64,000 nucleotides of DNA from an uncultured Spirochaetia bacterium (GTDB lineage Bacteria; Spirochaetota; JAHITG01; CAZBCL01), in the NCBI GenBank assembly GCA_964490645.1, contig CAZBCL010000013.1, positions 182-64,181 of the forward strand, given 5' to 3'. Both the position numbers and the translations under genes were made by a program. This document shows, one piece after another, positions 61,651 through 64,000 of this stretch (positions are counted from its first letter, which is position 1; every line of letters begins with the position of its first letter). The notes below the pieces were generated by a model, which saw nothing but the letters and a program-made list of their open reading frames with translations, did not search any database and had not been told where the DNA came from.

Positions 61651-62598
61651 ATGACACAGCACGTATATCGTTACTTATTCGGTCCTGTTCCATCGCGGCG
61701 GCTTGGACATTCACTTGGTATTGATCTAACTCCGCCAAAGACCTGTTCCCTGAATTGTATCTACTGTGAGTGCGGAGCAACAACAAAACGTACAACCAAA
61801 CGTACGGAATTAGTTCCAACATCAGAGGTTATTACAGAAATTGATGATTTTTTAAAGCATTATACCGGAACTATTGATTATTTGACATTTTCAGGACATG
61901 GGGAACCAACACTCCATAACGGAATCGGACGCATCATCACCCATATACATACAACAACACCGTATAAAACAGCTGTTATTACCAATTCAACACTCTTCCA
62001 TTTGCGCTCAGTCCGAGACGACATCAAAAATGCTGATATTGTTATGCCGACATTAAGCACATTGAATGAAAGTGATTTTAAAAAAATACATAATCCGGCA
62101 CATGGAATAACAGCACAATCCGTTTATAATGGATTACTCCGTTTTAGTGAAGAGTATACCGGAACCCTCTGGCTGGAAGTATTTTTTATTAAAGGCATTA
62201 ATGATACTGACGAAAATCTTTCTCAATTACGTTCTGCCGTTGCAGCTATTAATCCGACTGCTGTTCAATTAAATACAATTGATCGTCCGGCATGGGCACC
62301 CCATGCCCGTCCGGTTGATACCGCATTTATTGAACATGCACAATTAATTATTGGAGCAAAAGCACAGGGTATACCACATTTCCAAAAAAACGCTATTGAT
62401 AAAAAGCGCAGCACCGATCACGCCCGTACAGAAATTATTGCATTAATTGCACGCCGCCCCGAAACTATAGAAAACATTAGTGCTGCACTTGAACTCAGTA
62501 TTAATGACACTAAACATACAATAAAAATGCTGTTATTAGATCAAAAAATAACTGAAGAAATTCGTGATGCAAAAATATACTATAAGGTTATCGAATGA
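61651..62598 (+). CDS. Radical SAM protein (small, COG0731-like) with C-terminal winged-helix-like domain
   Basis: GPVPSRRLGHSLGIDL...CSLNCIYCEC, i.e. the CxxxCxxC cluster near the N-terminus. Subfamily assignment is uncertain. Confidence 0.7.
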   Translation: MTQHVYRYLFGPVPSRRLGHSLGIDLTPPKTCSLNCIYCECGATTKRTTKRTELVPTSEVITEIDDFLKHYTGTIDYLTFSGHGEPTLHNGIGRIITHIHTTTPYKTAVITNSTLFHLRSVRDDIKNADIVMPTLSTLNESDFKKIHNPAHGITAQSVYNGLLRFSEEYTGTLWLEVFFIKGINDTDENLSQLRSAVAAINPTAVQLNTIDRPAWAPHARPVDTAFIEHAQLIIGAKAQGIPHFQKNAIDKKRSTDHARTEIIALIARRPETIENISAALELSINDTKHTIKMLLLDQKITEEIRDAKIYYKVIE

Positions 62599-63386
62599 AA
62601 GCACTTCGTGAGTTCAGAAAATTACTGAAAGTAAATAAACGCCTGCTCAACCCGAAGGGCGGCTGTCAATGGGACTTACAACAAACTCATCAATCACTTC
62701 GTCCGTATTTACTTGAAGAAACGTGTGAAACAATTGATGCCATCAATGACGGTGATTCGCAGCACATTGCCGAAGAACTTGGTGATGTCCTCTATCAGGT
62801 TATTTTTCATGCACAAGTTGCCGAACGAAATAAAACATTTAATCTTGCTGATATCTGTTTCGGTATTCGTACAAAACTTATCCGTCGGCACCCTCATGTT
62901 TTCCATAAACGTGAAAACATCACCCCTCAGCAAGTCATGCGGAATTGGAATGCTATTAAAATAAATGAAAAAAAGGATACTCACCAATCAACATTAAGCG
63001 GGGTCCCCGTATCACTCCCGGCACTGCAGCAAGCTGAAAAGTACCAGCGAAAAGCAGCAGCGTGCGGATTTGATTGGTCTGACATAAACGGACCTTTAAA
63101 AAAACTTAAAGAGGAAGTACGGGAATTCACTGCTGAAGTCAAAAAGAAACGCCGTAATCGGAAACGTATGGAATCTGAATTCGGTGACATTTTGTTTGCT
63201 CTCGTTAATATTGCTCGCTTTTATAATATCCACCCAGAGATGGCACTTCGTTCAACGAATAGAAAATTTTTCAGACGATTTCGCTATATCGAAAAACAAT
63301 TTTTAAAATCCGGACAGACAATGCGCAATGCTTCATTATCTGTCATGGAGCGTTATTGGAAAGAAGCAAAAAAGAAAAACTTATAG
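62595..63386 (+). CDS. mazG: Nucleoside triphosphate pyrophosphohydrolase MazG (tandem MazG domains)
   Basis: EELGDVLYQV and a second EFGDILFALVN block, the two EExxD/E MazG motifs. Start overlaps the radical SAM stop (ATGA). Confidence 0.8.
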   Translation: MKALREFRKLLKVNKRLLNPKGGCQWDLQQTHQSLRPYLLEETCETIDAINDGDSQHIAEELGDVLYQVIFHAQVAERNKTFNLADICFGIRTKLIRRHPHVFHKRENITPQQVMRNWNAIKINEKKDTHQSTLSGVPVSLPALQQAEKYQRKAAACGFDWSDINGPLKKLKEEVREFTAEVKKKRRNRKRMESEFGDILFALVNIARFYNIHPEMALRSTNRKFFRRFRYIEKQFLKSGQTMRNASLSVMERYWKEAKKKNL

Positions 63387-64000
63387 ATTCTCATTAATAC
63401 GCGCAATAGTCATATCCGGCAGCCATCCCGATTCATCCTGCCCCGGTATACGCACGAAATACCAGCCATCCCGTGATGATATGATAATAACTTTTGTTGT
63501 CGGCATAATATCACCAATGAACATTCCTTTACCGGGTGAACTTAATAATTTTGTCTGATTTAAAACAATAGCGGCATTCTGACGTTGAAAAGCAGTAACC
63601 GTCAGTAATGATATACCACTGAAACCTATTGTAATAACTATAATGATTATGAGCACACGATACACCGTTTTCCATCTCCCCTGCTGCTGCAGGTATATGA
63701 CACTTAGTATGATAAACCCGATCCATATTGATACAAGCAATACCCCCGCACACCATGATGCGGCTAATAATTCAAATACTGAGTAAAAATATTTACGCAG
63801 GGGATGACGACGATTACCATCCCTAACAATCATTTTACGTATTAAAACCGCATTGCGCCGATATTCCATTTTTGTCGGATCCGCGTGAAAAGCCCGTTCA
63901 TACCATAACACTGCACGGGCAGCATTCCCACACTGATAATAACAATGAGCAAGTTGCGCATAAACCATACTGTCGGTATATCCGGAATTAATGACTGTCT
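63381..64000 (-). CDS. C-terminal part of a TPR / TM / SH3-like protein (gene continues beyond the window end)
   Basis: The frame stays open through position 64000. TPR-like YAQLAHCYYQCGNAARAVLWYERAFHADP, two hydrophobic helices, and a C-terminal SH3b-like segment (GWYFVRIPGQDESGWLP). Confidence 0.45.
   Translation of the reverse strand, partial: TVINSGYTDSMVYAQLAHCYYQCGNAARAVLWYERAFHADPTKMEYRRNAVLIRKMIVRDGNRRHPLRKYFYSVFELLAASWCAGVLLVSIWIGFIILSVIYLQQQGRWKTVYRVLIIIIVITIGFSGISLLTVTAFQRQNAAIVLNQTKLLSSPGKGMFIGDIMPTTKVIIISSRDGWYFVRIPGQDESGWLPDMTIARINENL

Overview
Mostly conserved chromosomal backbone from an AT-rich bacterium (GC looks like roughly 35-40% by eye), almost certainly diderm, since it carries an LptD/OstA-like outer-membrane protein and an SLH-domain protein. 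Phylum was not determined. Core gene blocks read off the ORF translations: rodA-mrdA-mreD-mreC-mreB (minus strand); a stand-alone rpmB; a cytoplasmic GAF/PAS histidine kinase plus sigma-54 (NtrC-type) response regulator; rsfS, an LCP-family protein and nadD; proA-proB-obg-rpmA-prp-rplU; htrA; tsaD; dnaX-ybaB-recR preceded by an array of five tRNA genes (all four tRNA-Ser isoacceptors plus a tRNA-Arg); serS; class I fumarate hydratase alpha subunit, malic enzyme and L-aspartate oxidase; a lone tRNA-Leu; mazG. Accessory-looking content is interspersed: a gene built from at least a dozen near-identical 120-nt LVIVD repeats at the window start; a pentapeptide-repeat protein followed by a TM-GAF-GGDEF diguanylate cyclase; a BNR / Y_Y_Y surface protein split across two overlapping frames; a YibQ-like divergent polysaccharide deacetylase; an ABC-2 / GldG-like / DUF4340-like cluster followed by three small secreted or membrane proteins (one a stand-alone HAMP protein); a convergent GT2 plus GtrA-GT-C glycosylation pair; a CPBP protease; a DtxR/MntR-family regulator with a palindromic candidate operator; and a Maf (DUF115) / radical SAM / MazG cluster. 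No CRISPR array, rRNA, transposase or integrase was seen. The strongest sequence-level observation is an A10 homopolymer (the longest in the window) inside dnaX, placed between the ATPase/linker region and the tau-specific C-terminus, where either a -1 or a +1 frame change terminates within 2-5 codons. This is a candidate recoding or transcriptional-slippage site for making a gamma-like short product. Other points worth a second look: a Prp protease homolog encoded next to an L27 that has no cleavable N-terminal propeptide; an SLH/coiled-coil/TM protein co-oriented with the LptD-like gene; and all four serine tRNAs sitting next to dnaX and near serS.
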